Positions 1 through 9,303 of a stretch of 64,000 nt of DNA are shown here, in pieces. The stretch is from assembly GCA_017467815.1 (NCBI GenBank), contig JAFUKI010000077.1, positions 4,797 to 68,796 on the forward strand, given 5' to 3'. Both the position numbers and the translations under genes were made by a program. Under the pieces are notes generated by a model. That model did no database searches, had not been told where the DNA came from, and saw nothing but the letters and a program-made list of their open reading frames with translations. How positions within the stretch are numbered: the stretch's first letter is position 1; every line of letters begins with the position of its first letter. The stretch is from Clostridia bacterium (GTDB taxonomy: Bacteria > Bacillota > Clostridia > Oscillospirales > CAG-272).

Positions 1-72
1 GGGGGATACCGTGTAAGAAATACGGCACAGGGACAAAACCGACAGCAGCAGTATTATGATGATTATCGCTGA
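1..72 (+). CDS. 3' end of an unidentified CDS entering from the left edge (...GQNRQQQYYDDYR*)
   Basis: Open frame from position 1 to TGA at 70-72, followed by the hairpin terminator at 97-127. 23 residues are too few to name a product. Confidence 0.3.
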   Translation, partial: GGYRVRNTAQGQNRQQQYYDDYR

Positions 73-96
73 TCCAGCGGAAACTGTATCCGAAAG

Positions 97-127
97 GGGA
101 GAGCTGCCCGAAGCGCTCTCCCTTTTT
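97..127 (+). terminator. Rho-independent terminator
   Basis: GGGAGAGC (97-104) pairs with GCTCTCCC (115-122), followed by TTTTT (123-127). Confidence 0.55.
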
Positions 128-166
128 ACAGCGTGAGATAGATTTATACAGAGTGCGGGGTATACC

Positions 167-341
167 ATGGAAAACAGAGTAAAAAGATTTGCTGTACTGA
201 ATCTGGGGATACTGCTTATGGCGGCGGGGGAAAGCGATCAGACTGCGGAAAAAGGTATATGAGATCGATCCCCATGCTTTTATGATCATCACAAAGACCA
301 GCGAGATCATGGGCAAGGGATTCAGAGACAATACAAACTGA
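167..341 (+). pseudogene. Internally deleted remnant of a YitT/DUF2179-family membrane protein gene
   Basis: The ATG at 167 gives MENRVKRFAVLNLGILLMAAG (YitT-like N-terminus) and then stops at 260-262. A shifted frame gives EIDPHAFMIITKTSEIMGKGFRDNTN* (DUF2179-like C-terminus) ending at 339-341. About 240 codons of the middle are missing. Confidence 0.4.
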
Positions 342-376
342 AAACGCGTATATATTATATATAAAGGAAAAGAATT

Positions 377-2347
377 ATGATATCCATCAGTGCAAGCGGG
401 CTTTCCTACCATATCGGAACCCGTACGATTTTAGAAGATATAACATTCTCCCTGGAAGAAGGGGACAGACTGGGGATTGTCGGCGTCAACGGAAGCGGCA
501 AGTCCACGCTTCTGAAGCTTCTGGCAGATGAATATACACCGGATGAAGGAACGATCACCATCGGCAAGAACAAGATTGTGGGGATGCTGCATCAGGACGA
601 TGCCTTCCGGATCCTGCGTACCGGAGACGACAGTCCGCTGGACGAGACGGTACTGGGGCAGATGTACGCCATATTCCCGGAATTGTGCCGTGCGGAGGAA
701 AGACTGGCTGTTTTGCAGAAAGCGCTGGAAGAAGCGGCAAGCGGAGGGGATCAGGCGTATCTGGATCAGCTTTCCACGGAATTCACGAATCTGAACAACC
801 GCTTCATCGCAGACGGCGGTCTGTACTACAAATCCCGGTGCCAGAGCATCCTTACCAAACTGGGCTTCGGAGAAGAATACCGGAACCTGCCCGTATCTTC
901 TCTCAGCGGAGGGCAGAGAACCCGACTGGCACTGGCGCGTCTGCTGTCAAGAGAGCCGGACATTCTGCTGCTGGACGAGCCCACCAACCATCTGGACACG
1001 GAAACCATGCTGTGGCTGGAAGACCATCTGGCGAATTACAGGAAAACCGTGCTGGTCATCAGCCATGACCGACTGTTTTTGGACCGCGTGACCAACAAAA
1101 CCTTTGAAATCGAGCATACCCGGGGACGGCTGTACAAGTGCAGTTATACGGGATTTGTGGAAGAGAAGGAAAAGTGGAGACGGGAGCAGGAAAAACGCTA
1201 TCAGAACCAGCAGAAGGAGATCGCCCGTCTGGAAGCCTATATTGCCCAGCAGCGGGCATGGAACAGCGAACGGAACATCATCGCCGCGGAAAGCCGTGAG
1301 AAAGCGATTGCCCGTATGGAGAAGGTGGAAAAGCCGAAGAATCTGCCGAAATCCATCCGATTCTCCCTGCAAAGTTCCGGCGAAAGCGGAAACGACGTAC
1401 TGGAAGTCAAGAACCTGACCATGGGATTCGGGCAGAATATGCTGTTCAGGAATCTGTCCTTCCTTGTGAAAAAGCACGACCGTCTGTTTATCAGCGGTCC
1501 CAACGGATGCGGAAAATCCACATTGATCAAGCTGCTCCTCGGTCAGCTGGAAGCCATGGCAGGGGAGATCGAATTCGGCTATAATGTAACGATCGGTTAT
1601 TACGATCAGGAGAACCAGAACCTGTCGGAAGACAACACGGTACTGGACGAGCTGTGGGACGCCTATCCCAACCTGACCCAGACGGAGATCCGGAATACCC
1701 TGGCGCTGTTCCGTTTCCAGGGGGAAGATATTGAGAAGGAAGTGCGGGTACTGTCCGGCGGCGAGAGGGCGCGGCTGACGCTGGCGAAGCTGATTCTGTC
1801 CAAGATGAATCTGCTGATACTGGACGAGCCCACCAACCACCTGGACATCGGCTCCAGAGAAGCGCTGGAAAACGCCCTGGCATCCTTCGACGGCACGATC
1901 ATCGCCGTATCCCACGACCGGTATTTCACCCGCAAGCTGGCGAACCGGTTCATCGATCTGGCGGCATCCCCCGGCAGACCGGCAGACTTCCACGGCACCT
2001 ATGACGAATACGTACAGCTCGGCGGACAGCCCGGCGAAGAAAGCACCGCGGCAAAGGAAGCGAAAGAGGAAGAAAAACTCTCCCAAAAAGACGCCTACCT
2101 CCAGCGTAAGCAGGAAACCGCCCGCATCCGCCAGATGGAACGCCGCAGAGCCGCCGTAGATAAGGAGATCGAAAAACTGGAAGCCGAACTCATCGACATC
2201 GAAGACGCCCTCTACGGCGAAGCCGCCACCGACTACCACAAAGCCGCCGAACTCTCCGACCGCAAAATCACCGTCGAAGACCGCCTCATGCAGCTCTACG
2301 AAGAACAAGAAGAACTGGACAGCGCGTTAGCAGCTGTGGGGGAATGA
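377..2347 (+). CDS. ABC-F family ATPase (Uup/YdiF-like, two ABC domains plus C-terminal coiled-coil tail)
   Basis: 656-aa ORF with two Walker A motifs (GVNGSGKST, GPNGCGKST) and two LSGG signatures (LSGGQRTR, LSGGERAR). It has an inter-domain linker, no TM domain and a charged coiled-coil C-terminus. Confidence 0.9.
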   Translation: MISISASGLSYHIGTRTILEDITFSLEEGDRLGIVGVNGSGKSTLLKLLADEYTPDEGTITIGKNKIVGMLHQDDAFRILRTGDDSPLDETVLGQMYAIFPELCRAEERLAVLQKALEEAASGGDQAYLDQLSTEFTNLNNRFIADGGLYYKSRCQSILTKLGFGEEYRNLPVSSLSGGQRTRLALARLLSREPDILLLDEPTNHLDTETMLWLEDHLANYRKTVLVISHDRLFLDRVTNKTFEIEHTRGRLYKCSYTGFVEEKEKWRREQEKRYQNQQKEIARLEAYIAQQRAWNSERNIIAAESREKAIARMEKVEKPKNLPKSIRFSLQSSGESGNDVLEVKNLTMGFGQNMLFRNLSFLVKKHDRLFISGPNGCGKSTLIKLLLGQLEAMAGEIEFGYNVTIGYYDQENQNLSEDNTVLDELWDAYPNLTQTEIRNTLALFRFQGEDIEKEVRVLSGGERARLTLAKLILSKMNLLILDEPTNHLDIGSREALENALASFDGTIIAVSHDRYFTRKLANRFIDLAASPGRPADFHGTYDEYVQLGGQPGEESTAAKEAKEEEKLSQKDAYLQRKQETARIRQMERRRAAVDKEIEKLEAELIDIEDALYGEAATDYHKAAELSDRKITVEDRLMQLYEEQEELDSALAAVGE

Positions 2348-2358
2348 TGAGTGTTCTT

Positions 2359-2440
2359 GGGGAAGGGAGGAAAACTTTTTGCGAAAAAGCTTTCCTCCCT
2401 TCCCCAAACCCCTTCCCACCTTTCAAAAAACTTTGAAAAA
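2359..2440 (+). repeat. Intergenic hairpin-palindrome repeat, copy A (forward)
   Basis: Perfect hairpin GGGGAAGGGAGGAAAACTTTTTGCGAAAAAGCTTTCCTCCCTTCCCC starts 11 nt after the ABC-F stop. It is followed by a C-rich tract and the palindrome TTTCAAAAAACTTTGAAAAA. Confidence 0.85.
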
Positions 2441-2505
2441 TGGGACTGGATTCAGTTTGGTATTATTTATTGACCCAACAATAGTATCTGAACTTCCCTA
2501 CGATA

Positions 2506-2593
2506 CAAGCCCAAACTGTGTAGCCTTCCCCAGCGAGGCAGGTATGCCTCAGGGGAAGGTGGCAGCCTTAAGGCTGACGGATGAGGTGTAACG
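2506..2593 (+). repeat. Second structured repeat, copy 1 (nested hairpins; possible ncRNA)
   Basis: About 88 nt, nearly identical to 36846-36933. CCTTCCCC (2524-2531) pairs with GGGGAAGG (2552-2559), enclosing GAGGCA/TGCCTC. A second hairpin is CAGCC-TTAA-GGCTG. Confidence 0.7.
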
Positions 2594-2653
2594 AACGATT
2601 TAATATATTCTGACTGGGCAACTGACCATATCCCCAAAAAAGGAGCAGCAAAC

Positions 2654-3364
2654 ATGAAACGCAAAGCCTTAAAAGCCGCATTTCCCCATACAATACCCAT
2701 ATTTGCCGGATTCTGGTTCCTTGGAATGGCATACGGCATCTACATGAACGTATCCGGCTTTTCCTTCTGGTACCCGCTTGCGATGAGTATCGTAATATTC
2801 GGCGGTTCACTGGAATTTGTAACCGTGTCCATGCTTCTCTCGCCTTTCGCGCCGGTACAGACCTTGCTGGCAGCACTGATGATACAGGCAAGGCACATCT
2901 TTTACGGAATTGCCATGCTGGAAAAATACAAAGGACTCGGCTGGAAACGGTTTTATCTGATTTTCGGAATGTGTGACGAATCCTTTTCCATCAACTGCTC
3001 CGCGGAAATTCCGGAAGGTGTGGACAGAGGATGGTTCTACTTCTTCGTCACCCTGCTGAATCAGCTGTACTGGGTTACCGGTTCCACCATGGGCGGATTT
3101 CTCGGCTCGGTACTGGACTTCAATACGGAAGGACTGGAATTTGTCATGACCGCCATGTTCGTGGTTATCTTCCTGGAACAGCTGCTGAAAGAGAAAAACC
3201 ACAGCACCGCCGTGATCGGTCTTGCCGCATCCGTGGTCTGCCTGGTGATCTTCGGTGCGGATTCCTTCCTGCTGCCCACCATGGCATGCACCCTGCTTCT
3301 GCTGACCGCCTTCCGCAAACCGCTGGAAAAAGCCGGCTTTAAAGGAGAGGAGGATGCCGTATGA
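2654..3364 (+). CDS. azlC: AzlC-family branched-chain amino acid exporter subunit
   Basis: 236-aa polytopic membrane ORF with an AzlC-like N-terminus (AFPHTIPIFAGFWFLGMAYG), followed by azlD. Confidence 0.8.
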   Translation: MKRKALKAAFPHTIPIFAGFWFLGMAYGIYMNVSGFSFWYPLAMSIVIFGGSLEFVTVSMLLSPFAPVQTLLAALMIQARHIFYGIAMLEKYKGLGWKRFYLIFGMCDESFSINCSAEIPEGVDRGWFYFFVTLLNQLYWVTGSTMGGFLGSVLDFNTEGLEFVMTAMFVVIFLEQLLKEKNHSTAVIGLAASVVCLVIFGADSFLLPTMACTLLLLTAFRKPLEKAGFKGEEDAV

Positions 3365-3393
3365 CCCTGACCGAGTAGATTCTGACCATCGCC

Positions 3394-3687
3394 ATGTGCG
3401 TGCTGGGGACGATGGCGACCCGTTTTCTTCCCTTCCTGATATTCGGTGAGAATCGTCCGACACCCCGATACATATCCTTCCTCGGCAAAGCCCTGCCGGC
3501 AGCCGTATTTGCCATGCTGGTGGTCTACTGCCTGAAAGATGTATCCGTCCTGACCGGCAGCCGCGGCATTCCCGAAGCCATCGCCATCGCCGCAACCGTA
3601 CTGATCCACCTGTGGCGGCGGCAGATGCTCCTTTCCGTGGCAGGGGGAACCGTCGTGTATATGCTGCTTGTACAGCTGATTTTCTGA
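3394..3687 (+). CDS. azlD: AzlD-family small membrane protein (N-terminus affected by an in-frame TAG, see findings)
   Basis: 97-aa hydrophobic ORF (TRFLPFLIF motif) directly after azlC. The ancestral start appears to be the ATG at 3361, which overlaps the azlC stop. Confidence 0.7.
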   Translation: MCVLGTMATRFLPFLIFGENRPTPRYISFLGKALPAAVFAMLVVYCLKDVSVLTGSRGIPEAIAIAATVLIHLWRRQMLLSVAGGTVVYMLLVQLIF

Positions 3688-3842
3688 GATTTTGACCAAA
3701 GATCCCGCAAATATGGCAGATCATCCCGGATTTTCTTGCCGCAAACCTCGTAAAATCCATAATATTTGTCATAATTACCAAAAACAAAGCGAAAAGTTCG
3801 TGTAATTTCTCATAAATAAAAGAAAAAAACGAGCCAAAGACC

Positions 3843-3871
3843 TTGATTTCTTTTCGGAAATATGGTAAAAT
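3843..3871 (+). promoter_or_regulatory. Sigma-A type promoter of the ribosomal protein superoperon
   Basis: TTGATT (3843-3848), 17-nt spacer, TAAAAT (3866-3871), with an extended -10 TG at 3863-3864. Confidence 0.6.
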
Positions 3872-4180
3872 AGTATCACTTGATGTGCGATGAGGTGGGA
3901 GGTTGCCACGGGTTCCATACTGTCAGGACCGCGTGGGGAATTTCCACTGAGTATGTCCGAGTAAATCGGGCGGAATGAATACGACGGTGACCGTGACGAA
4001 GATCGTCCTGCAAAGGGGGATCTTTGCGTTCCGAGTACCGGAGTTTAGGCTTGGGAGGGCAACAGTCTTCCCTAAGGCGAGCCGAAATTCCGGATTCATT
4101 CAGGAGACCCACGACACACCCGGAAGCGTGTTCATCGCCTCAACTTCCATTTTTTATAAATGCTCAAGGAGGCATAACCA

Positions 4181-4492
4181 ATGGCAGCAAGCGAAAAAAT
4201 CAGAGTAAGACTCAAGAGCTACGAACACTCTCTTATCGACCAGGCGGCTGAAAAGATCGTTGACATCGCTAAGAGAAACGGCGCAGAAGTTTCCGGTCCC
4301 GTACCGCTGCCCACCGAGAAGGAAATCATCACCATTCTCCGTGCGGTACACAAGTACAAGGACAGCCGTGAACAGTTTGAACAGAGAACCCACAAGAGAC
4401 TGATCGAGATCCGCAAGCCTTCCCAGAAGGTTGTAGAAGCTCTGATGTCCGTGGAACTCCCCGCCGGCGTAGACATCGACCTGAAGCTGTAA
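4181..4492 (+). CDS. rpsJ: 30S ribosomal protein S10
   Basis: 103-aa ORF, unmistakable uS10 sequence ([10 protein letters not shown]...). First gene of the conserved S10 operon order. Confidence 0.97.
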   Translation: MAASEKIRVRLKSYEHSLIDQAAEKIVDIAKRNGAEVSGPVPLPTEKEIITILRAVHKYKDSREQFEQRTHKRLIEIRKPSQKVVEALMSVELPAGVDIDLKL

Positions 4493-4722
4493 TTACAGAA
4501 AAAGGTCACGCAAATTTCAATCATACCCCTTAACAGGGAGATGAAAATGCACTGATGACGCGAAATCGCGGGCAGGTGCAAAACTCTCCAATGCGTAACA
4601 GAGCGTAAAGGCGAGAACGGTGCTTCCGACCGCTTGAGCCGGCAGTTGCACGCTTGATGTGCGGAGAGGTCATGTTGATGCGGAAGTGTCAACCAATAAC
4701 CTTATTTCAAGGAGGAAAAACG

Positions 4723-5355
4723 ATGAAAAAAGGAATCATCGGAAAGAAGCTGGGTATGACCCAGATCTTCACAGAAAACGGTCAGGTGATCCCGGTTACC
4801 GTAATCGAAGCCGGCCCCTGCAGCATCACCCAGAAGAAGACCGTTGAAACAGACGGCTACAATGCCGTACAGCTCGCTTTCGAAGACATCCGTGAAAAGC
4901 TGGTGAATAAGCCCGCTGCCGGACACTTCAAGAAGGCAGGCGTAAGCTTCAAGAGACATCTGAAGGAATTCCGTCTGGACGACATCGAAAACCTGAATCC
5001 CGGTGACGTGATAGCCGCCGATACCTTCGCCGCTGGCGACAAGGTCGACATTACCGGTATCACAAAGGGTCACGGTTACTCCGGCGTTGTAAAGAGATGG
5101 AATTTCGCGATCAAGAGAATGACACACGGTGGTGGACCTGTTCACCGTCATGGCGGTTCTCTGGGTCAGAACTCTACCCCGTCCAGAATCTACAAGAACA
5201 AGAAAATGGCAGGTCAGTACGGTAACGAACAGGTAACCGTTCTGAATCTCGAAGTTGTCAAGGTTGATACCGAAAAGAACCTGATCGCAGTTAAGGGTGC
5301 AGTACCCGGCGCTAAGGGCTCCATCGTGTTCCTCCGTGACAGCGTGAAAGCATAA
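4723..5355 (+). CDS. rplC: 50S ribosomal protein L3
   Basis: uL3 sequence from [16 protein letters not shown] with RBS AAGGAGG upstream. The start was moved in from the ORF-track 4654. Confidence 0.95.
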   Translation: MKKGIIGKKLGMTQIFTENGQVIPVTVIEAGPCSITQKKTVETDGYNAVQLAFEDIREKLVNKPAAGHFKKAGVSFKRHLKEFRLDDIENLNPGDVIAADTFAAGDKVDITGITKGHGYSGVVKRWNFAIKRMTHGGGPVHRHGGSLGQNSTPSRIYKNKKMAGQYGNEQVTVLNLEVVKVDTEKNLIAVKGAVPGAKGSIVFLRDSVKA

Positions 5356-5375
5356 GTCGGAAGGAGGATATAGAA

Positions 5376-5999
5376 ATGGCCGAAATGAAAGTAGTAAACA
5401 TGGCAGGTGCTGAAGTTGGTACCATTACACTGGCTGACAGCGTTTTCGCATGTGAAATCAACGGTGCTGTCCTCCATGCGGCAGTAAAGTCCTACCTGGG
5501 CAACCAGAGACAGGGCACACAGTCCACCCTGACCCGTACCGAAGTATCCGGCGGCGGTAAGAAGCCCTGGAGACAGAAGGGTACAGGCCGTGCAAGACAG
5601 GGTTCCACCAGAGCGCCCCAGTGGACACACGGCGGCGTAGCACTCGGTCCCAAGCCCCGTCTGTACAAGACCAAGGTGAACAAGAAGGTTCGCCGCATCG
5701 CTATGACCAGCGCCCTTTCTTCTAAGGTTGCTGCAAGCGAAATGATCGTTGTAGACAGCATCGCTGCTACCGAATACAAGACCAAGACCATGGTCAAGAT
5801 GCTCTCCGATATCGGAGCAGGCAAGAAGGTTCTCGTTGTTCTTCCCGCAGTAGATGCAATGGTTCAGGGCAGCCTGAACAACATCGAAGGCGTAAAGGTT
5901 GTTACCGCGGGTACCCTCTGCGTATACGACATCCTGAACTGCAATTCCTTCGTAATTGCAAAGGATGCTGTACAGAAACTTGAGGAGGTGTACGCATAA
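5376..5999 (+). CDS. rplD: 50S ribosomal protein L4
   Basis: 207-aa uL4-like ORF with RBS GGAAGGAGG, in conserved order. Confidence 0.95.
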   Translation: MAEMKVVNMAGAEVGTITLADSVFACEINGAVLHAAVKSYLGNQRQGTQSTLTRTEVSGGGKKPWRQKGTGRARQGSTRAPQWTHGGVALGPKPRLYKTKVNKKVRRIAMTSALSSKVAASEMIVVDSIAATEYKTKTMVKMLSDIGAGKKVLVVLPAVDAMVQGSLNNIEGVKVVTAGTLCVYDILNCNSFVIAKDAVQKLEEVYA

Positions 6000-6295
6000 T
6001 GAAATTCGTACAGGATATCATCATCAGACCCCTCATTACCGAACGTTCCATGGACGGCATCGCTGAAAAGAAGTACACCTTCGAAGTTGCCAAGTCCGCT
6101 ACCAAGCCGGAAATCGCCGCTGCTGTGGAAGCAATGTTCAAGGGCACCAAGGTAAAGAGCGTAAATACCATCAACATGAAGTCCAAGCCGAAGAGAGTTC
6201 GTATGGTTCCCGGTAAGACCGCTTCCTGGAAGAAAGCGATCGTAACCCTCGCAGAGGATTCCGCTACCATCGAGTTCTTTGAAGGTATGAACTAA
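5999..6295 (+). CDS. rplW: 50S ribosomal protein L23
   Basis: 98-aa uL23-like ORF whose ATG overlaps the rplD stop. Confidence 0.95.
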   Translation: MKFVQDIIIRPLITERSMDGIAEKKYTFEVAKSATKPEIAAAVEAMFKGTKVKSVNTINMKSKPKRVRMVPGKTASWKKAIVTLAEDSATIEFFEGMN

Positions 6296-6315
6296 TCAGA
6301 AGGAGGAAGTAAGAA

Positions 6316-7146
6316 ATGCCTACAATCAAGTATAAGCCGACTACACCGGCGAGAAGACATATGTCTGTTCCTTCCTTCGAGGAAATCACCAAGTTTACCC
6401 CCGAAAAGACCCTTCTCGCTAAGAAGAAGAAGAACTCCGGTCGTAACAGCTACGGTCGCATCACTGTTCGCCATAAGGGCGGCGGAAACCGTCAGAAGTA
6501 CCGTCTGATCGACTTCAAGCGTCAGAACGAACTGGCTCAGACCGTAATCGGCGTTGAATACGACCCCAACCGTACCGCTTATATCGCTCTGCTGCAGGAT
6601 ACCGAAGGCAAGAAGAGCTATATCGTAGCTCCCGTTGGCGTTACCGATGGTCAGGTTCTGCACTCCGGTGCCGATTCCGACATCGTTCCCGGTAACACCC
6701 TGCCTCTGAAGAACATTCCCGACGGTACCTTCATCCACAACATCGAGCTCTCTCCCGGAAAGGGCGGCCAGATGGTTCGTTCCGCCGGTACGCAGGCTCA
6801 GCTGATGGGTAAGGAAAACGGCATGGTAATGGTTCGTCTCCCCTCCGGCGAAATGCGTTACGTTCGCGAAGACTGCAAGGCGACTATCGGTCAGGTAGGT
6901 AACATCGAACATGATACCGTTAAGATCGGTAAGGCTGGTAAGAAGCGTCACATGGGCATCCGTCCCACAGTTCGCGGTTCCGTAATGAACCCCTGCGATC
7001 ACCCCCATGGTGGTGGTGAAGGTCGTTCTCCCATCGGTCGTCCCGGCCCGGTTACTCCCTGGGGTAAGCCTGCTCTGGGTTATAAGACCAGAAACAAGAA
7101 GGCCCGCACCGATAAGATGATCGTGAAGCGCAGAAACAGCAAATAA
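6316..7146 (+). CDS. rplB: 50S ribosomal protein L2
   Basis: 276-aa uL2 (…GGGEGR…) in conserved order. Confidence 0.97.
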   Translation: MPTIKYKPTTPARRHMSVPSFEEITKFTPEKTLLAKKKKNSGRNSYGRITVRHKGGGNRQKYRLIDFKRQNELAQTVIGVEYDPNRTAYIALLQDTEGKKSYIVAPVGVTDGQVLHSGADSDIVPGNTLPLKNIPDGTFIHNIELSPGKGGQMVRSAGTQAQLMGKENGMVMVRLPSGEMRYVREDCKATIGQVGNIEHDTVKIGKAGKKRHMGIRPTVRGSVMNPCDHPHGGGEGRSPIGRPGPVTPWGKPALGYKTRNKKARTDKMIVKRRNSK

Positions 7147-7165
7147 GGAAGGAGGCAACACATAA

Positions 7166-7447
7166 ATGAGCAGAAGTTTGAAAAAAGCACCGTTTATCGA
7201 AGAAAAGCTCTATGAAAGAGTTTGCCAGATGAACGAAAAAGGCGAAAAGAAGGTGCTGAAGACCTGGTCCAGAGCCTCCACCATCTTCCCGGAATTCGTT
7301 GGTCACACCATTGCTGTTCACGACGGCAAGAAGCACGTTCCGGTTTATGTTACTGAGGATATGGTAGGCCATAAGTTCGGTGAGTTCGCTCCCACCAGAA
7401 CCTTCAAAGGTCATGCCGGTTCCAAGACTTCCAACAACGGTAAATAA
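7166..7447 (+). CDS. rpsS: 30S ribosomal protein S19
   Basis: 93-aa uS19 ([10 protein letters not shown]...). Confidence 0.97.
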   Translation: MSRSLKKAPFIEEKLYERVCQMNEKGEKKVLKTWSRASTIFPEFVGHTIAVHDGKKHVPVYVTEDMVGHKFGEFAPTRTFKGHAGSKTSNNGK

Positions 7448-7473
7448 TGCGAAAGGGAGGACAAGAAGTTATA

Positions 7474-7809
7474 ATGGAATCCAAATCTACCCAGAAACAC
7501 ATCCGCATCTCCCCTCGCAAGGTTAAGATCGTTCTCGATCTGATCCGTGGGAAGGATTATGCGACCGCATGTGGTATTCTGAAGAATACCCCCAAGTCCG
7601 CCAGCCCCTATGTTCTCAAGCTCCTCAACAAGGTTGCAGCAGATGCTGAGAACAACTTCAATATGGATCCCGAAAAGCTCTACGTGTCTGAGTGCTTCGT
7701 ATGCCCCGGCATGACTCTGAAGCGCATCATGCCCCGTGGTAAGGGTTCCGCTGACCGGATTTTGAAGAGAACCAGCCATATCACTGTGGCAGTGAAGGAA
7801 AAAGAGTAA
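7474..7809 (+). CDS. rplV: 50S ribosomal protein L22
   Basis: uL22 sequence. The start at ATG 7474 is preferred because of its RBS GGGAGG spacing. Confidence 0.93.
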   Translation: MESKSTQKHIRISPRKVKIVLDLIRGKDYATACGILKNTPKSASPYVLKLLNKVAADAENNFNMDPEKLYVSECFVCPGMTLKRIMPRGKGSADRILKRTSHITVAVKEKE

Positions 7810-7824
7810 GGAGGCAGTCGAAAT

Positions 7825-8667
7825 ATGGGACAGAAAGTGAATCCGCACGGCCTTCGTGTCGGCGTCATCAAAAACTGGGACTCCAGATGGTATGCCTCCG
7901 ATGAAAAATTCGGCGATACCCTGGTCCAGGACTACAAAGTAAGAGAATTCCTGAAGGAAAAGCTGTTCCTTGCAGGCGTTCCGAAGATTGAAATCGAAAG
8001 AACCAACACCGGCAGAGTAAGAGTGTTCATCCACTGTGCTAAGCCCGGTATGGTTATCGGCCGCGGCGGCAGCGAGATCGATACCCTCAAGCGGGACATC
8101 GAAAAGATCGTTAAGGTTCCCGTGGACGTAAACGTTATCGAAGAAAAGCCCATCGATATGAACGCACAGCTGGTTGCTGAATCCATCGCGTCCTCTCTGG
8201 AACGCCGTGTTTCCTTCCGCCGTGCCATGAAGCAGGCTATCCAGCGCACCATGCGTCTGGGTGCCAAGGGTATCAAGGTTTGCCTGTCCGGTCGTCTTGC
8301 CGGTGCTGAAATCGCAAGAACCGAACACTACCATGAAGGTACCATTCCGCTGCAGACCATCCGTGCTGACATCGACTACGGTTTCTGGGAAGCAAACACC
8401 ACCTACGGTAAGATCGGCGTAAAGGTATGGATCTACAAGGGCGAAGTTCTGTCCGAAGTAGTTCGCACCGGCGCTAACGCGGAAGATAAGAAGCCCCAGA
8501 GACGTGACCGCAGAGATGGCCAGAGACGTGACCGCAGAGACGGTGACCGCCGTGGCTTCCAGAAGAGAGACGGTCAGCAGAACAGAGCTCCCCGCGGTGA
8601 CAACAGACCCCCCAGAGCTCCCCGTGCTGCAGCTCCCGCAAAAGAACAGGAAGGAGGCGCTAACTGA
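7825..8667 (+). CDS. rpsC: 30S ribosomal protein S3 with an Arg/Asp/Gly-rich C-terminal extension
   Basis: 280-aa uS3 (KH domain, [13 protein letters not shown]...) plus a low-complexity tail of about 60 aa. Confidence 0.95.
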   Translation: MGQKVNPHGLRVGVIKNWDSRWYASDEKFGDTLVQDYKVREFLKEKLFLAGVPKIEIERTNTGRVRVFIHCAKPGMVIGRGGSEIDTLKRDIEKIVKVPVDVNVIEEKPIDMNAQLVAESIASSLERRVSFRRAMKQAIQRTMRLGAKGIKVCLSGRLAGAEIARTEHYHEGTIPLQTIRADIDYGFWEANTTYGKIGVKVWIYKGEVLSEVVRTGANAEDKKPQRRDRRDGQRRDRRDGDRRGFQKRDGQQNRAPRGDNRPPRAPRAAAPAKEQEGGAN

Positions 8668-9098
8668 TGCTGAGACCTAAGAGAGAAAAATACAGACGTA
8701 TTCAGAGAGGCCGCCTCACCGGTAAGGCACTCCGCGGTAACAAGATCACCAACGGCGAATTCGGTCTCGTAGCTACCGAACCCGCATGGATCACCGCAAA
8801 CCAGATCGAAGCAGCCCGTATTGCTATGACCCGTTACGTAAAGCGTGGCGGTCAGGTCTGGATCAAGATTTTCCCGGACAAGCCCATCACCGAAAAGCCT
8901 GCTGAAACCCGAATGGGTTCCGGTAAGGGTTCTCCCGAATATTGGGTAGCCGTAGTTAAGCCGGGCAGAGTAATGTTTGAAATGGCCGGTATTCCGGAAG
9001 AAGCTGCAAGAGAAGCTATGCGTCTCGCTATGCATAAGCTCCCCATCAAGTGCCGCTTCGCTACCAAGGAACAACTGGAAAATGAAGTGGAGGGATAA
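8667..9098 (+). CDS. rplP: 50S ribosomal protein L16
   Basis: 143-aa uL16 ([11 protein letters not shown]...). Confidence 0.97.
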   Translation: MLRPKREKYRRIQRGRLTGKALRGNKITNGEFGLVATEPAWITANQIEAARIAMTRYVKRGGQVWIKIFPDKPITEKPAETRMGSGKGSPEYWVAVVKPGRVMFEMAGIPEEAAREAMRLAMHKLPIKCRFATKEQLENEVEG

Positions 9099-9101
9099 GC
9101 T

Positions 9102-9290
9102 GTGAAGGCAACAGAACTCAGAAACAAATCCGGCGAAGAGCTCGAATCTATGCTCGAGTCTCTTAAGTCCGAGCTCTTTAATCTCCGTTTTCAGCTCGCT
9201 ATCAACCAGCTTGAAAACCCCCACAAGATTAAGGAAACCAAAAAGGAAATCGCTCGTGTGATGACCGTCATCGCAGAGAAGAAGGCATAA
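9102..9290 (+). CDS. rpmC: 50S ribosomal protein L29
   Basis: 62-aa uL29 with a GTG start. Confidence 0.93.
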   Translation: MKATELRNKSGEELESMLESLKSELFNLRFQLAINQLENPHKIKETKKEIARVMTVIAEKKA

Positions 9291-9303
9291 GGGGGATATA
9301 AAA

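Noticed and set aside
947-2308. A 453-aa minus-strand ORF opposite the ABC-F gene. Similar long antisense ORFs occur at 14111-15490, 28606-29571, 29913-30620, 30830-31765, 32450-33511, 34212-35105, 39787-40602, 44821-46179, 51283-52266, 52791-54137 and 54335-55540.
   Set aside because: Each lies entirely antisense to a gene with unmistakable homology or positional logic. None has an RBS or motifs. They are shadow ORFs.
2379-2591. Small ORFs translated from the repeat elements (2379-2591, 2467-2739, 36668-36862, 36809-37096 and the N-terminal part of 48440-48934)
   Set aside because: They are made of hairpin and palindrome repeat sequence, are present in both orientations, and lack RBSs. The nucleotide-level structure with compensatory changes explains the conservation better than coding does.
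3376-3378. Possibility that TAG is recoded (for example to pyrrolysine) in this organism, which would explain the in-frame TAG in azlD
   Set aside because: The essential aroE-aroK fusion gene terminates with TAG (27227-27229) at the expected C-terminus. No other gene in the window needs TAG read-through. A simple nonsense change or an alternative start is more parsimonious.
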